NCBI RefSeq assembly: GCF_006345805.1
Contig: NC_043002.1
Coordinates: 89,280,001-89,344,000, forward strand
Reading direction: 5' to 3'
DNA: 64,000 nucleotides
DNA from: Octopus sinensis
Taxonomy: Eukaryota
Positions 38,601 through 50,898 of the stretch are shown in pieces. Position numbers and translations under genes: made by a program. Within the stretch, counting starts at the first letter, position 1; every line of letters starts with the position of its first letter. Below the pieces are notes generated by a model. That model had not been told where the DNA came from. It worked only from the letters and a program-made list of their open reading frames with translations, and ran no database searches.

Positions 38601-41600
38601 ATGATGATGATGAGAGATTGTAAACATCCACAATACTGATAACAGAAAACTAAAAATATGAAGAAAAGAAAATCAAATAAATTTCTCATAAGAGTTATTT
38701 TATTAAAAAAAATACCTTTTTAATGAGTAGATCATCATCAACCTTTACATCAATGTTGATAGGTAGGGACGGGAAATCATCAAAGACCTCTTTAAGGAGT
38801 GGAATGTGGCGGTCCTTGACACCTACAGTTGACACATCTGTAATGAGAAATTTATATATAAATATCTATATATAAACATATACATGTATATATATGTATG
38901 TCAATGATGATGATGATATGTATGTACACATACACATGCACTCACACAGGCACACATAGGGTATTTGGGATAAATTTAACAATGTTTTAGGTTTCCTTTC
39001 TTCAGGAACAGCTTGATGTATTGGCGAACAGTTAATGGCACCGGAGAGCATAAGGATTAAAGGTGCAATTGAGAAAATGTTAGCTGACATGGAGAAGTGG
39101 AAGCCATCTGAATATTGGAAGAGAGTTACTTGTATCATGATGATTTCTCAGCAGGTATCAAAATACTGACATCATGATTGTTGCTCAATGCTCTATGAAC
39201 ACTGTAAGGGCTGTAAAACATGACATGGACAGCTGCAATGGAGATTACGAAGCTGTGGACAACAGGACTGTGATGGACATAGGGTGAGTCTCCAGTGAGA
39301 GTGATGTCATGTCACCCCACCTCCTTGGTAAGGGCCTTAGGTTCAATTCAGATGGTTATGTGAAGCCGCTGGAGACTGTTGTTAAACCTTGGTTAGAAAG
39401 GGTTGCTTCTGTAAGGCCATATGTATGGCAGCAAGATTCGGCTCTTTGTCATTCCTCTGGGAAGGGTCACAAGTGGTTGTCAGAGAATTTCTACAACTTC
39501 ACAAGCTCCAATTTCTGACTTCCTAATTCCCTTGATTTTAATCCTATGGATTACTGTGTGTGTCACAGTTGAGAGAGAGAGAGACACTAATTGCTCCATC
39601 TGCAACACTAAGGCAAAACTTGTAGCCAAGATCAAGAAGGTGTTCAAAGATCTTCCCAGAGACAGTTAGGAGTTATGAATACATGCACCAGGTTCCAGAC
39701 CTGTCTTCAGGTAATGGTGGAAGTTGAGGGTGGCATCTTTGAATAAACTGTTATCTCTCAGCCATAATATAGTTGATATCTTTTGATTTTTTAAAAATAT
39801 TTCTATTTTTGAATGGGATATTGTGTTCTCTTTTTCTTTTAGACAAACTATCAAATTTAGCTTGAACACTCCATCCACACATACACACACAAATAAAATA
39901 AAATAGAATAATCATAAAAGTAGAACTAGGGTAATTTCCTTTCATAAAATCTTAACCAGACAGTATCAAAAAGTAATATCAGATAAGAACTGTATAAAAA
40001 AATGTATTTTATCTCTCTCCTTTGAACAGTTTTTGAGACAAGGATATCTCTGCATGCAAGGTAAATTATTGCAAGGGAATGAAACGAAGGTGAACTAGTT
40101 TCTAAATATGTCAATAATTTCATAAAATTAATGAAATCGTGATTGACAAGACTGGGTAAGTATTGTTATTTAAAAAAATGATTCTACCTCAATATGTTCT
40201 TCAATAGCTTTCATAATAAATGGGAAGCACAAATGAACTAAGAAAGTGGAGAGGCACTGAAGCCATGAAATGACTTTGTTAATGAGCCAACAATGGAACC
40301 TCCATGTAGTAGTTCTACCTGATAGAAATACAGCTAAATCACCTTCAATCATACCCTAACCTCTGAAAAATAAAGGAACCATTGGGTAAATCTAGCTCAA
40401 GTCATGCACTACTGTCTTTGAAAATGGAAGGATAGGTTTGACAATGTAGGCCCTGGCATACAAAAAGACTGAAATACTTTAATAATATATCTGCTCAAAC
40501 CACAGTACATCATATCATCCATTTTGAGTTATTCTACTGAACTAACTAGACAAGAATTTCTGATTAGCTTACAATTTTATACTTTATCTGGTAGATCTGA
40601 CTCAGTTGAAATTCAAACTAAAATTATTATATTTGTGGTTCAAACGTTTGTGCTAAATGCAGAAATGTTTATGGTAATCTATTCTAGGATTATTACATAA
40701 TACAGCATGATTATTCTTTTAAAACATGCCTCAGATCCTACTTTATATTTAGAATAATAATATATATATATATATATATATAATGTGAATAATAATATAT
40801 AAAATAATACGTGATATATATTATACATAGAAAATATGAATAATAATGATAATATATAGAATATAACATTTATTCATTTTTATTCGTGACTAGGATTAAT
40901 GGAGATTAAGTTTATATTTTATGCATTTATACAGAAAGTTTATCAACTTAAATAATCAACCAAGACAATACTCACTGGGGTTGAAATCTAGGGGTAATTC
41001 ATTTTTCATAGGTGGTAAATCCTGAAATCAAAGACATGTCGAAAGAAGAGTAAATCAGAATAGAAAAATTGACAAAGTCTTACTAATAAAATATGTTTCT
41101 AAAGAAATTATCCTTTTCATCAAAAATATTATACCTCCTGCCCAGGAAGCCACAATCGTGTCAGGAAAATTTGCCAGTGTCAGTTGTTTTAGTGCTAGAA
41201 TAGCAGTGAATTGAACTGGTTTACATTTTTGAACTTCAAAGGTTTTAATTTCCTGTTGACTCAGTTTTGCTTTGACCATTAATAAACCTCAAAAGGCTAT
41301 CATCATAAATTGTTGGACTGAAAATAGCAGATACATGCTTTTTCACACAGTCAGCTTTATGTGGGTACTTTAAGAGTTGGGAATCCTAATTGTTTATTAT
41401 TTATAGTAGTATTACACAGCAAAACCAAGAATATTGTTAACCCCAAGGGTTTGGAATGAACAAGTAAAAGAATAAAACCACATTGCTGTCAGTCTACTTT
41501 CAATGACAATATGCAGAGATCCCAATTTCTTGCTCTTATAAATTAATTTGTGAAGCATACTGAAATTTCTACATTATTTCTTGTTTTTTTTTTTTCCAAT

Positions 41601-44600
41601 AAAATATCTGAACATTGCCATGTAACTTGGCTTGATAATAAGCATAAATGTAAGTGAAAAATTGTATATGTCAAGTATTGTCAGATTGTATGCATCATCC
41701 CATAATTTTAACAACAGTTTTAATCCATACTCATATGGGTTGTAGAGGTCCACCATACAGGTTATCAACAATGCTAAATCATCCATTATGAAGCTCTTGC
41801 ATGGTTTTAGATTTAGACTGAAAGGGAAATGGACTTGGGAGAGACTTAGGGACATCCACTTGAACCTGAAAGTCTTCAGTAAGGATATTAATCTTATTTT
41901 ACCCATTCCTATTAACTTGAATAGTTCTTGCAAGCCATTTAATCCTTACATTGTTTTTCAAATGATAACCAGAATACAAAGCTTTCTCTAGATCAGTGGT
42001 TCTCAACCATTTTTTTTTATGAATGGACCCCTTTGATTACAATTTTATTCTGGTGGGCCCCTACAGCCATTCAGTGTTTAAAAACTAGTTTCACAGATAC
42101 TTCTTTCAAAATTCCTATTTTGCTTTTCACACATTCACTTGTGTAGGTTGATCTATGTAAAATATTAGAGGAAGAAACCTAGCCGTTTCTTGCAATAAAT
42201 ACATCATCATCATATAGCATCCACTTTCCATGCTGGCATGGGTTAGATGGTCTGACTGGAACTGGCCAGCTGAAGAATTATACAAGGTACCAGTCTGCCT
42301 AGATTTCTAAAACTAGATATCTTTCTTAATGCCATCCACTCCAAAAGTGTAGTGGGTGCCTTTAATGTAACACCGGCACAGGTGCTTTTATATGTCACTG
42401 ACACAAGCCACAATTACAATTTCACTTGACGAGTCTTCTCAAGCACAGCAAATCACCAAAGGTCTTGATCACTTGTCATCGCTTCCGTGAGATCCAACTT
42501 TTGAAGATCATGCTTCGCTACCTCATCCCATGCCTCCTAGGTCTATCTCTTCTAAAGGTTCCTCCTACAGTTAGAGATCAGCACTTCTCTACACAGTTGT
42601 CCTCATCCATACGCATCACATGACCACACCAGTGCAGTCATCTCTCTTATGCCCAACTAAATCAAAATTCTTTTATGGACCTTTAAAATATGACTTGTAA
42701 ATCCCTAATTTACTATTTTGCTTGCATGAATCCCCCACCCTGGGGTCATATGGACCCTGGTTAAGAACTTCTGCTGTTTTCCTATTTGTTTTCTTATGCT
42801 TATGTCAACCACCATTAGTGATTCATTTGTTTTATCACACATCCTTGATGCTGCAGTGGAGGTGGGAGTCACTGCATTCATAAATAAATGCAGACCATAA
42901 TGCAGAACTATCAGATGAATCTTGAAAAAGTACTTTTGTGCTTTTGTTCCTGGAGCAATGCTATGAATGTTTTGAGTGTCTCAGAATTTTAGAGGGAAAC
43001 AACAGTGTCGCTTGTTGTAATGTATAATTGAGAGAGTGTGCATGCCTATATTTGGATTATTTGCTTACTGGTTTTGTTTTGTTTTGTTTTTTAAATTTTA
43101 TTTACTATTTATTTTTGTAATTATGTTCTCTTTTTTTCTTTCACTGAATTATTGCAAATAAATAAAATGGCATTTGGCTTTATGATGACTCAAACACAAC
43201 TTTCAACCCATCTTGTGCTAAGCATTAAGAGGATTACTATCTTCAATACTTGATATTGTAACTAAATCAACAATTGTTTATCTCCATTTATACCTTTATA
43301 TAATTTTGTGCAGTTATTAACAATACAAATACTCCATTCATCAGCGATAATGTATTCTACAATAAATTAAGCAAGGATTAAGGTCAACATCTCAAAAATT
43401 TTTATCAACACAGAATTATTTTTAAAATATCCTACACATCAAATAGAAGTTTAACTTTTATATAGGAACCACTATACATTTTGAAGTACTTATGTAATGT
43501 AAAGCTTATTAGACAAATGGATATATAACAAAATTATAAGGTAATTATCTCATTCTTAAAACAATATTCAGTCAATCAAGCAATAAGCAATAATGTACAA
43601 TATACAGGAAAGAACAAACCTATGAACCTTATATCTACTCACTTTATAATCTGTTTGGGATATAAGTACAGCACAACCACATGTTCGAAGCAAATTGTTA
43701 TCATGGCAAACAACAACTTGGTTGTCTTTAGTTAGATGACAATCTAGTTCCAACATTTCTGTTCCTGTGTTTGTAGCACTGTAAAATAGTAAGTCATTCA
43801 TCATTTTTAAAACAAAGGAAAATTACTTTTGTTTGGTTTGATTTTACACTAATCCATAAAACACAAGATTTTTAATACTGACAATCACACGACTGGAATA
43901 ATGTGTTTGTAGCAAAGGCAAGTACACTATTACTTGGGTTGATTTATAATGCGCAAGCTGGCAGAACTGTTAGCATACCAGGTAAATTGCTTAGCAGCAT
44001 TTCTTCTGCCTTTCTATTCTGAGTTTAAATTCTGCCGAGATTGACTGCCTTTCATCATCGATGTAAACAACTTCCCCTACCCTTCAAAAACTGCTGGCTC
44101 TGTGCCAAAATTTGAAACCATTATTACTTTGGTTGAGTTAAATAGTTCAATCTAATTCATCATCATCATTTAATATCCATTCTCTATGCTGGCATTGGTT
44201 GAACAGCCTGACAGGAACTGGTAAGGCCAGGGGCCATACCAGATACCACAGTCTGTTTTGGCCTGGTTTCTATGCTTGGATGCCCTTCCTAAAGCCAACA
44301 ACTCCACAAAGTGTACTGGGTCCTTTTTATGTGGTACCATCAGCAATGCTTTTTACATGGCACCTTGGTTTTAGGATCTCAATTCTGTTGTGGTGGTGGG
44401 TCTTCTAATTACTTATTGATTTATATAAATTCAAGGCAAAGAAAAAAAATAAATGTATTCAATATACCTCAAACTTGAATTTATAATATTTCTTTTTCAA
44501 GAGAAGTAGAATAAGGAAATCATTTCTTATTCAAAGATGTGAAAGTTAATAATAAAATGGAGAATGAAAAACCATTATCACTTAATTGTGTGACTCGAGA

Positions 44601-47600
44601 ATCAGAGTAAAGTTTTGTGGAATGATAAAAATGCAATATTTGTTCTGGCTCTTTGTGGTCTAAGTTTAAATCCTGCCATCACCAAATTAGGTGGTAGACT
44701 TAATCTGTCAGTTGGGAACCCTTTTGTTACCATATTTGCTTTTTTAGATACTCTGTGTTTCTTTCAATTAATTTTAAGTAACAAAGAATTTAGTAAAATA
44801 ACTTAATTATCATCAAGCTAGTGTTAGGAATATAAATTGTGACTAAGGTTTGATAGATGTTAATTCAGAACTTTTGAAAACAAGACATTTGTATTACAGA
44901 GCCAGAGGCAGTTTCAGGCGGATTGGTATCAAAAGGGTTAACACTACCACCTGGCTGTTGGATGCAATTAGCAAAGTTCACTCTGTGGCTGAAAGATACT
45001 TTCTTCCCGCCCTTCTCTGTGACCAGTCTTGGAAGTCTTGTAAAGGGTCATGGACGCTGCCCTTCTCTCTTGATGAAAAGATAAAAATCACTTGCAGGCT
45101 TTGATAGATTACTTTGATGCTAGAAATTGGATTAATCAATAAATTATGTTTGACTGATTGATTGATTAATTGAGAGAGAGAGAGAGAGAGGGGAGAGAGA
45201 GAGAGAGAGAGAGGACTGACTGACTAGTAGGCAAAAATGTTTTGCTAGACTAACTAATGAATTGTATTTTCTTTTTATTTGAAACTGATAAAGTACTAGA
45301 CTTACAAAGAGTAAATCCTGTGGTCAATTTGTTTGACCAACAGCGGTGCTCCAGCATGGCTGCAGTCACATAACCGAAACAAGTAAAACAATAAAAAAAC
45401 TATGCTATTTTAATCCCGAGCAAGGCTGGGTATCTCTGCTAGTAGTTAATAAAGATCAAAAGTGAAATCAGACTTAGCAGACAAGATGTAAAGATGGTTA
45501 TTAGTGTTGCAAAGAATGTACCTAAGTAGAGGCCCCACTTTTGAATGTTTGGAGTGTATGAGGAGAGATGAGAAAGGTTGGTATGGATGTCTCCAATGTT
45601 TATAAATATTAAAAAAAAGGATAGATATCCCAATGGATAAATTTAAGGTTTTCTTTCCAGCATAATCCACTTTTCTTTCTCATAAGTGAATTTTGTGATT
45701 AAATGATGTTTGTTTACTTTTCTTTTATAAACAAGGTTGTTTGTTTTTTACACTCTCATCAGCCTTGATCAAGCAAACTTATGATCAAAGAACTCCAACA
45801 ATGAACATCTTGTCATTCTTTTCCAAAGATAGCTTATCCATATTATCCAATATGTTTCAGATTGTTATTTATTGGAGATTTGGCAGCTATTTCCAGTAGA
45901 TCAAGCAACGATGAAGAAGTTACTTTATTAAGTATTTTTTCTAGATGTGACTGAATTGTTAACCTGCTAATATATTAGCAAGTTGCATATCACTTCTTCA
46001 CCAGAAATATCCACAATTCTCCTTTCTTTAATCACCCCTACTGGACCACATATGTTCTACACCACCTTTCCTAATCAGTTTTTTTAGAAAGTTCCTCCAT
46101 ACCCATGATTTCCCTTCAGGCATTGACACACAAATGTTTTAGCTGAAAACCAACCGAGTTTATTTCAATAATTAAGGAAGACCTATTTTTGTTTGTTCCT
46201 TCTTGAGCCATGCCTGGCTCATAAGGGCCAGTTTCCCGGTTTCTTGGTGTAAAGGTTCCCCACCTGGACAGGACGCCAGTCCGTCGCAGGTGAGCTCCAT
46301 GATGCAGGAGGAAAGAGTGAGAGAAAGTTGTGGCGAAAGAGTCAGCAGAAGTTCGCCATTACCTTCTGCCGGAGCCACGTGGAGCTTAGGTGTTTCACTC
46401 ATAAACACACACATCACCTGGTCTGAGATTTGAACACGCGATCCCTCAACCGCAAGTCCGCTGCTCTAACCACTAGGCCATGTGCCTCCAAGGAAGACCT
46501 ATGCAAGTAACAGACACCAACACTCCTCTGCAACGAGCTGCCCAGAGCAATGAGCAACATTCAGCATGCTGCGCATGCTACGGACAACTACAGGGGAAAG
46601 ACAACAACAACTCGAAGCTACAACTCAGCGAAGGGTTGCACGAAATTCCTACTCAAGGCCATGATCCTCACATTGGTCAATGACAGCATTCAACTATGAT
46701 CCTACAATTGACTACAGTGACGTTCAAATAGGCTGCATGTTCACAATCTGCCCATTTTGCAGAGCTAAAAAGTGGACTGGAGAAACTCCCGGCATGCGCT
46801 GCTCCACCTGTAAGATTACAGTACCTCTTCTACAAAATCCTCCACCCCTTTTGACTGATCTTTTGACATGTGTAAGCATTCGACTTGTTTGGGCATGCTT
46901 ATGTTAAAAAACAATTTTAGAGTAACATTTCTCTGTAAAGACACCAGAAATAACTGACCAACGAAAAAACAGTGAAATCAAAAAATATACCCAAATACTA
47001 AGCGAACAAAGAGGAACCATCCCGCTTCCATTGCGTGTGCACACACACACAGTCACACAAACACACACCCACCCTTTTACATAGACACACACATATATTC
47101 ATACAGAGTTGAAACTGTTTGATTTATTTTTTCATCATCCCACTACCAAGTATGACATTACCCCTTCCTTCCTTATTCATCTATCACCCCTTCCTTTCTC
47201 ATTCATAGACACAAGAGTATTATTAGAGTAGATTATCTCGGTAACCATGGGCGCTATGAAAAAAATACAAAGCCTAGGATCACCACGGGATCATTCTTCA
47301 CATCTGTGTAATTTTTTTGTCCAATTCCACCCAGTCATTTGATCGTGAATCCTAAGACAAGAAAGAATCGTCCATGTCAAATTTATATGTATAGATATTT
47401 GTGTGTGTGTGTGTGCACGTTTGTATCCCCACTATTGCTTGACAGCTGATATTGCTGTGTTTATATTCCCATAACTTAGCGGTTTGGTAAAGGACACTGA
47501 TAAAGTACTAGGCTTACAAAGAGTAAATTCTGTGGTCAATTTGTTTGACCAATAGCGGTGCTCCAGCATGGCTGCAGTCACATGACTGGAACAAGTAAAA

Positions 47601-48011
47601 CAATAAAAAAACTATGCTATTTTAATCCCGAGCAAGGCTGGGTATCTCTGCCAGTAGTTAATAAAGATCAAAAGTGAAATCAGACTTAGCAGTCATTTGT
47701 GTTCAACTTGAAAGTTTAAATTCATTAAGAAAAAAAAATACCTTTAATTAATTTGGTTAGTTATATATGTGGTTACACCTAACCTGTCAAAGCAAAACCC
47801 CATTAATATTGCCATGTTTATCTAAGTTTATATTTTCAAATATTTTCTATTAGATCTGTAAGTCAAGATTAAATTAATTGATTTTAATGAAGTATGAAGT
47901 GGTGAAATAGAAAACATTTGTACATTTTTAGAGAAAAAAGAATTAACTGAAATCATTAATTTACTCACTGTCGAAATGCAGTCATTGTATTTTCCAAGTG
48001 TTCACCAGCAC
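29752..48011 (-). CDS. GDPD1: Glycerophosphodiester phosphodiesterase domain protein (GDPD1/GDPD3-like lysophospholipase D), 5'-partial. Exons 48011-47969, 43778-43643, 41021-40976, 38837-38716, 37022-36933, 35903-35770, 34489-34427, 33006-32955, 29886-29752
   Basis: Phase-consistent GT-AG splicing. The translation contains GAGEHLENTMTAFRH, TEMLELDCHLTKDNQVVVCHD, IPLLKEVF..FPSLPINIDVK, ITVWGN, GLLPFVPIKE, RGIQVYLWVLND and GATGIMTDYP, all typical of GDPD1/GDE4. The first exon (TM segment + HRG) was not found. Confidence 0.95.
30345..30625 (+). mobile_element. RTE LINE 3' end
   Basis: Family motif and (ATG)n tail. Confidence 0.88.
30915..31295 (+). mobile_element. CR1/L2-group LINE 3' end
   Basis: Near-identical to 15205-15576. 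Confidence 0.88.
32419..32870. mobile_element. Internally inverted RTE-like LINE insertion
   Basis: Minus-strand ORF2 C-terminus with (ATG)n tail, joined to a plus-strand RT N-terminal piece (IIPIPKKGDLS...NYRGISLMSIAAKLYNK). Confidence 0.8.
32955..33006 (-). CDS. GDPD1: GDPD1 coding exon (ILMRPLLFEHLEKRGIQ)
   Basis: CAG acceptor, GTAA donor. Confidence 0.95.
33785..33998 (+). mobile_element. Nin-domain-like tRNA SINE
   Basis: GAGTTCAAATCC B-box followed by TTTGCCTTTCATCC; other copies near 43950-44120 (+), 50245-50460 (-) and 53710-54070 (+). Confidence 0.75.
34033..34415 (+). mobile_element. Full-length CORE-like tRNA SINE adjacent to a GDPD1 splice donor
   Basis: A/B boxes, core motif, GTAAAAGA tail. 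Confidence 0.9.
34427..34489 (-). CDS. GDPD1: GDPD1 coding exon (EKKSLLQFSKNRRLLIQFCD)
   Basis: TAG acceptor, GTAAGT donor; phase 2/2 links the flanking exons. Confidence 0.88.
34909..34990. repeat. (TA)n microsatellite
   Basis: Direct inspection. Confidence 0.95.
35030..35328. repeat. Near-perfect palindrome (146/147-bp arms, 6-nt loop)
   Basis: Arms 35030-35175 and 35182-35328 differ by one substitution and one 1-nt indel. Confidence 0.95.
35370..35660 (+). mobile_element. RTE LINE 3' end embedded in (TA)n
   Basis: Family motif, (ATG)n tail, TA repeats on both sides. Confidence 0.85.
35770..35903 (-). CDS. GDPD1: GDPD1 coding exon (NPRIPLVFSFRRVLILLALFYSGLLPFVPIKESFLEVIMPSIVL)
   Basis: CAG acceptor, GTAAGT donor; conserved hydrophobic segment. 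Confidence 0.96.
36933..37022 (-). CDS. GDPD1: GDPD1 coding exon (VSDLVKEYNREEITVWGNRQETINGKCFKC)
   Basis: TAG acceptor, GTAAGT donor. Confidence 0.95.
37355..37765. mobile_element. Two piggyBac-type family A MITEs in opposite orientation, probably nested at a TTAA
   Basis: TTAA-CCCTTTAGCATT at 37351; a second TTAA-CCCTT at ~37559; ends AAAGGTTAA. Confidence 0.75.
38090..38612 (+). mobile_element. RTE LINE 3' fragment
   Basis: GRPRKTWNEVLKHDLQTLGL followed by the 3' UTR and (ATG)n. Confidence 0.85.
38716..38837 (-). CDS. GDPD1: GDPD1 coding exon (VSTVGVKDRHIPLLKEVFDDFPSLPINIDVKVDDDLLIKK)
   Basis: Splice sites plus conserved IPLLKEVF and PINIDxK. Confidence 0.95.
38957..39873 (+). mobile_element. 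Degenerate Tc1/mariner DD37D (maT-like) transposon
   Basis: YVWQQDSALCH...NF*LPNSLDFNPMDYCV with 37 residues between the two Asp; degraded TIR-like ends. Confidence 0.8.
40976..41021 (-). CDS. GDPD1: GDPD1 coding exon (DLPPMKNELPLDFNP)
   Basis: CAG acceptor, GTGAGT donor; phase fits. Confidence 0.9.
41994..42773. mobile_element. hAT-like MITE interrupted by an RTE 3' fragment (~42202-42650, -)
   Basis: CAGTGGTTCTCAACC ... GGTTAAGAACTTCTG termini; related copy at ~56315-56546. Confidence 0.65.
43643..43778 (-). CDS. GDPD1: GDPD1 coding exon (ATNTGTEMLELDCHLTKDNQVVVCHDNNLLRTCG...TDYK)
   Basis: Within ORF 43568..43804; ELD and HD catalytic motifs. Confidence 0.96.
44158..44406 (-). mobile_element. 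RTE LINE 3' end
   Basis: (CAT)n start and family motif. Confidence 0.8.
44719..44937 (+). mobile_element. piggyBac-type MITE, family B
   Basis: CCCTTTTGTTACC...GGTATCAAAAGGG-TTAA; homologous to 48176-48395. Confidence 0.85.
45284..45480 (+). repeat. 197-bp direct duplication of 47496-47692
   Basis: End-to-end alignment across a SINE tail, a Helitron 3' end and flanking sequence. Confidence 0.9.
46187..46489 (-). mobile_element. tRNA-derived SINE (third family) with 13-bp TSD
   Basis: TSD AAGGAAGACCTAT (46174-46186, 46490-46502); tRNA head TGGCCTAGTGGTTAGAGCA...GTTCAAATC; second copy at ~49840-50158. Confidence 0.9.
46503..46870 (+). mobile_element. Helitron Rep-helicase N-terminal (zinc-finger-like) fragment
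   Basis: AFNYDPTIDY..IGCM..ICPFCRAKKWTGETPGMRCS..KITVPLLQNPPPLL matches the known Helitron CxxCxAxKW..E..G.CC..GK motif. Confidence 0.8.
47969..48011 (-). CDS. GDPD1: GDPD1 coding exon (GAGEHLENTMTAFRH)
   Basis: Acceptor 48013-48012, donor GTGAGT from 47968. Confidence 0.94.
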
Positions 48012-48175
48012 CTATTATTGGAGACAAAAAACGAAAAATATTTTTTAACGCAAGTATGCATACATATAACTGATGTAATTCTCAAAAGGAGGCAACATAT
48101 AAAAGCTTCAGGTCAGTGGCTCAGGATATTTTTATATGCTGGTATTCATTTGTTTTAAATAGCAGCATCTATTAA

Positions 48176-48395
48176 CCCTTTCGCTACTGTATTTATTTTG
48201 AGATGCTCTGTATTTGTTTCAATTACTTTAAATATAACAAAGAATTTAGTAAAATAACTTAGTTATCATTCAGCTAGTATTAGGAACATAAATTGTGACT
48301 AAGGTTTGGTGGAAGATTTTAATTCAAAACTTATGGAAACAAGACATTTGTACTCAGAGCTAGAGCCGGTTTCAGCCAGGTTGGTAACGAAAGGG
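48176..48395 (+). mobile_element. piggyBac-type MITE, family B
   Basis: TTAA TSD on both sides; TIR CCCTTTCGCTAC / GTAACGAAAGGG. Confidence 0.9.
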
Positions 48396-49101
48396 TTAAA
48401 GGGAAGCTTAGAAAGACCCAAGCCTGAAAGAATGTTCCAGAGTTCAAAAGCCTATGGGTCAATAGATCTAATTGCTTGTTAGCAACAGAGAGTACAAAAT
48501 TCAAGTGCCATTTGGAAAATGGTGAGTGATTTGTAGGAAAAAACTTGATATTGTGTATTCAGTATAAATACATAAGAATTTCTTGTAGACTAACAGGAAA
48601 TCAGAACTTTGCTATGACAGATAGACAGTAGTAATAGCTGTCATATGAAACTTAAAATGGACATCATGAACTCTGACATTTCACTAGACATAATTGATAC
48701 TGATTAGTAATGGAATTGGTTGTAAAGAAAGTATAGTAACTAAAGTTGTGGTATTCAATCTTTGTGGCAAACTGGAGACAAAATATAAAATTCCAGTATC
48801 TCACATGGAAAGTTTAAATAAAATGGTTTTAAAGTTTAAAAATTTAGAAAAAAATCCAGAAAATTTATTGGTTACTTTGTTTTAAAAACCTATTTGTGTA
48901 TAACAAAATAATGAATAACCTGTTTAAAAAGATGCTAAAAGCATATTAATAAGATAAAAAAAAAAAAAAGCTAGCTTCAAAAACCACATTAATCCCAAAC
49001 ATTTTTCTTGGCTGCAACATAATTATACATGCTTGTGGGCAACCAGCTACACAAGTGAACCCACCTCGCCCACTTCTTTGGCTTTCATCAGAACCTAGGC
49101 G

Positions 49102-49540
49102 GGATCTTTTCGGTTTGAACAGCAGTTTTTTCTAGCGGTGTCATATGAAATTGTCACCTATAATTATGACCCTAGTATCGATCTATTGCATTTCAATCTG
49201 TTTTAGGGTTAGGGTTAGTTAGGGTGGGTTAGAGTTTGGGGTGGGGGGGATTGGTATCTTTTTTTCTTCACAAATGTAAATAAACCCAATCTGTTTCTTA
49301 AACGAGGGACATATTCATACAGCACAGAATGTTTTCACCTCAATAGACGTCATTGATTGGTTGAAATTGCAGAAATTGAAGACAAAAAAAACAACAAATA
49401 TCTCACAAACTGTAAAATTTTCTCAATAAAGCCAAGAGAAAAAGATGTTTTATAAACACATTCTACCAGTATATGAAGTTTAAAATTTTTTAGTTATGTG
49501 GAAATTATTTTAAAAACTGCTGTTCAAACCGAAAAGATCC
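49102..49540 (+). mobile_element. Merlin-type MITE, copy 2
   Basis: Same TIR; TSD CCTAGGCG/CCTAGGTG; internal TTAGGG repeats. Confidence 0.9.
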
Positions 49541-49839
49541 CCTAGGTGGAGAAACTTCAAGAAAATGCAACATAGTACTGCATGTGATAAACCCCTGTAT
49601 GTTGGATTACGCAGTGTGTTCTTGAACTAGGTGAAGCTGTTGCATATCTGACATACTGTACATATAGCTTCATCATCATCATCAGTTTGTACATAATTTT
49701 TCAATATACTACCTCTATGCAAAGAGCTTGTTCTATTAGAACTGACTGTTAGTACACAAAAACAATAAGAAAAAGTTTCTTTCTCCATAAACAAATACAA
49801 ACTGTATGAAACATGTACATGAATTGCGATGCTATATGT

Positions 49840-50158
49840 TTGTCTTTTTTTTTTTTTTGGTTTGTTCCTTCTTGAGCCATGCCTGGCTCATAAGGGCCGG
49901 TTTCCCGGTTTCTTGGCGTATAGGTTCCCCACCTGGATGGGACGCCGGTCTGTCGCAGGTGAGCTGCAAGATGCAGGAGGAAAGAGTGAGAGAAAGTTGT
50001 GGCAAAAGAGTCAGCAGAAGTTCGCCATTACCTTCTGCCAGAGCCGTGTGGCGCTTGGGTGTTTTCGCTCATAAACACACACATCGCCCGGTCTGAGATT
50101 CAAACCTGCGATCCCTCAACCGCGAGTCCGCTGCTCTAATCATTAGGCCACGTGCCTC
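49840..50158 (-). mobile_element. tRNA-derived SINE (third family)
   Basis: Homologous to 46187-46489; A-rich tail. Confidence 0.88.
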
Positions 50159-50898
50159 ATATGGTAGTAATATCATCTCATTCAACAATGCAAGGGCACA
50201 ATCACAGTACTTATCAAAGGAACAAATATCTATGTCACTATGTAATAATCCTTTCAACTATAGGCACAAGGCCTGAAATTTTGGGGAGAGGGTGCCAGTC
50301 GATTACACCGATCCCAGTGCATAACTGGTACTTATTTCATTGACCCTGAAAGGATGAAAGGCAAAGTCGACCTCAGCAGAGTCTGAACTCAAAATATAAA
50401 GACGGGCAAAATACCACTACGCATTTTGCCCAGCATGCTAATGATTCTGCCAGCTTAATGCAAGTAAAACCTTTAAATTTGCTACACATGCTAAGCCCAA
50501 CACAAACTCTCAGGATTTTTCCTAGCATTCATAACATAGATAAAAACTTAAACCAACTAAGAAATATCTCAGTTCTGATCTGCTACTAAATCTGTACAAA
50601 GTTCAGGAATCACAATGGAACACTGTACTCACATGTGAGATAGTACTGCTTCTACATACACACACACACACCCTTGACCCCTATCTAAAAGAAAGCCATC
50701 TGACTGATTAGTAAACGTTTATTTACCAAATCACCACAATCTTTGATCCATAGGTATGCTGTCTCTCTACACTTTTTCTTTACTATGAGACAATGGTTTC
50801 TGTTCCATAGCAGTATTTGCATACAAAATCCACCAAGCCCATATAACACCTCCTCTGCTTTTATACAGTACCTTGTACCACAGATCTTTTCTAACTCA

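Noticed and set aside
46400-46489. tRNA-like sequence on the minus strand
   Set aside because: It is the head of a SINE with a TSD and a second copy; no complete cloverleaf acceptor stem.
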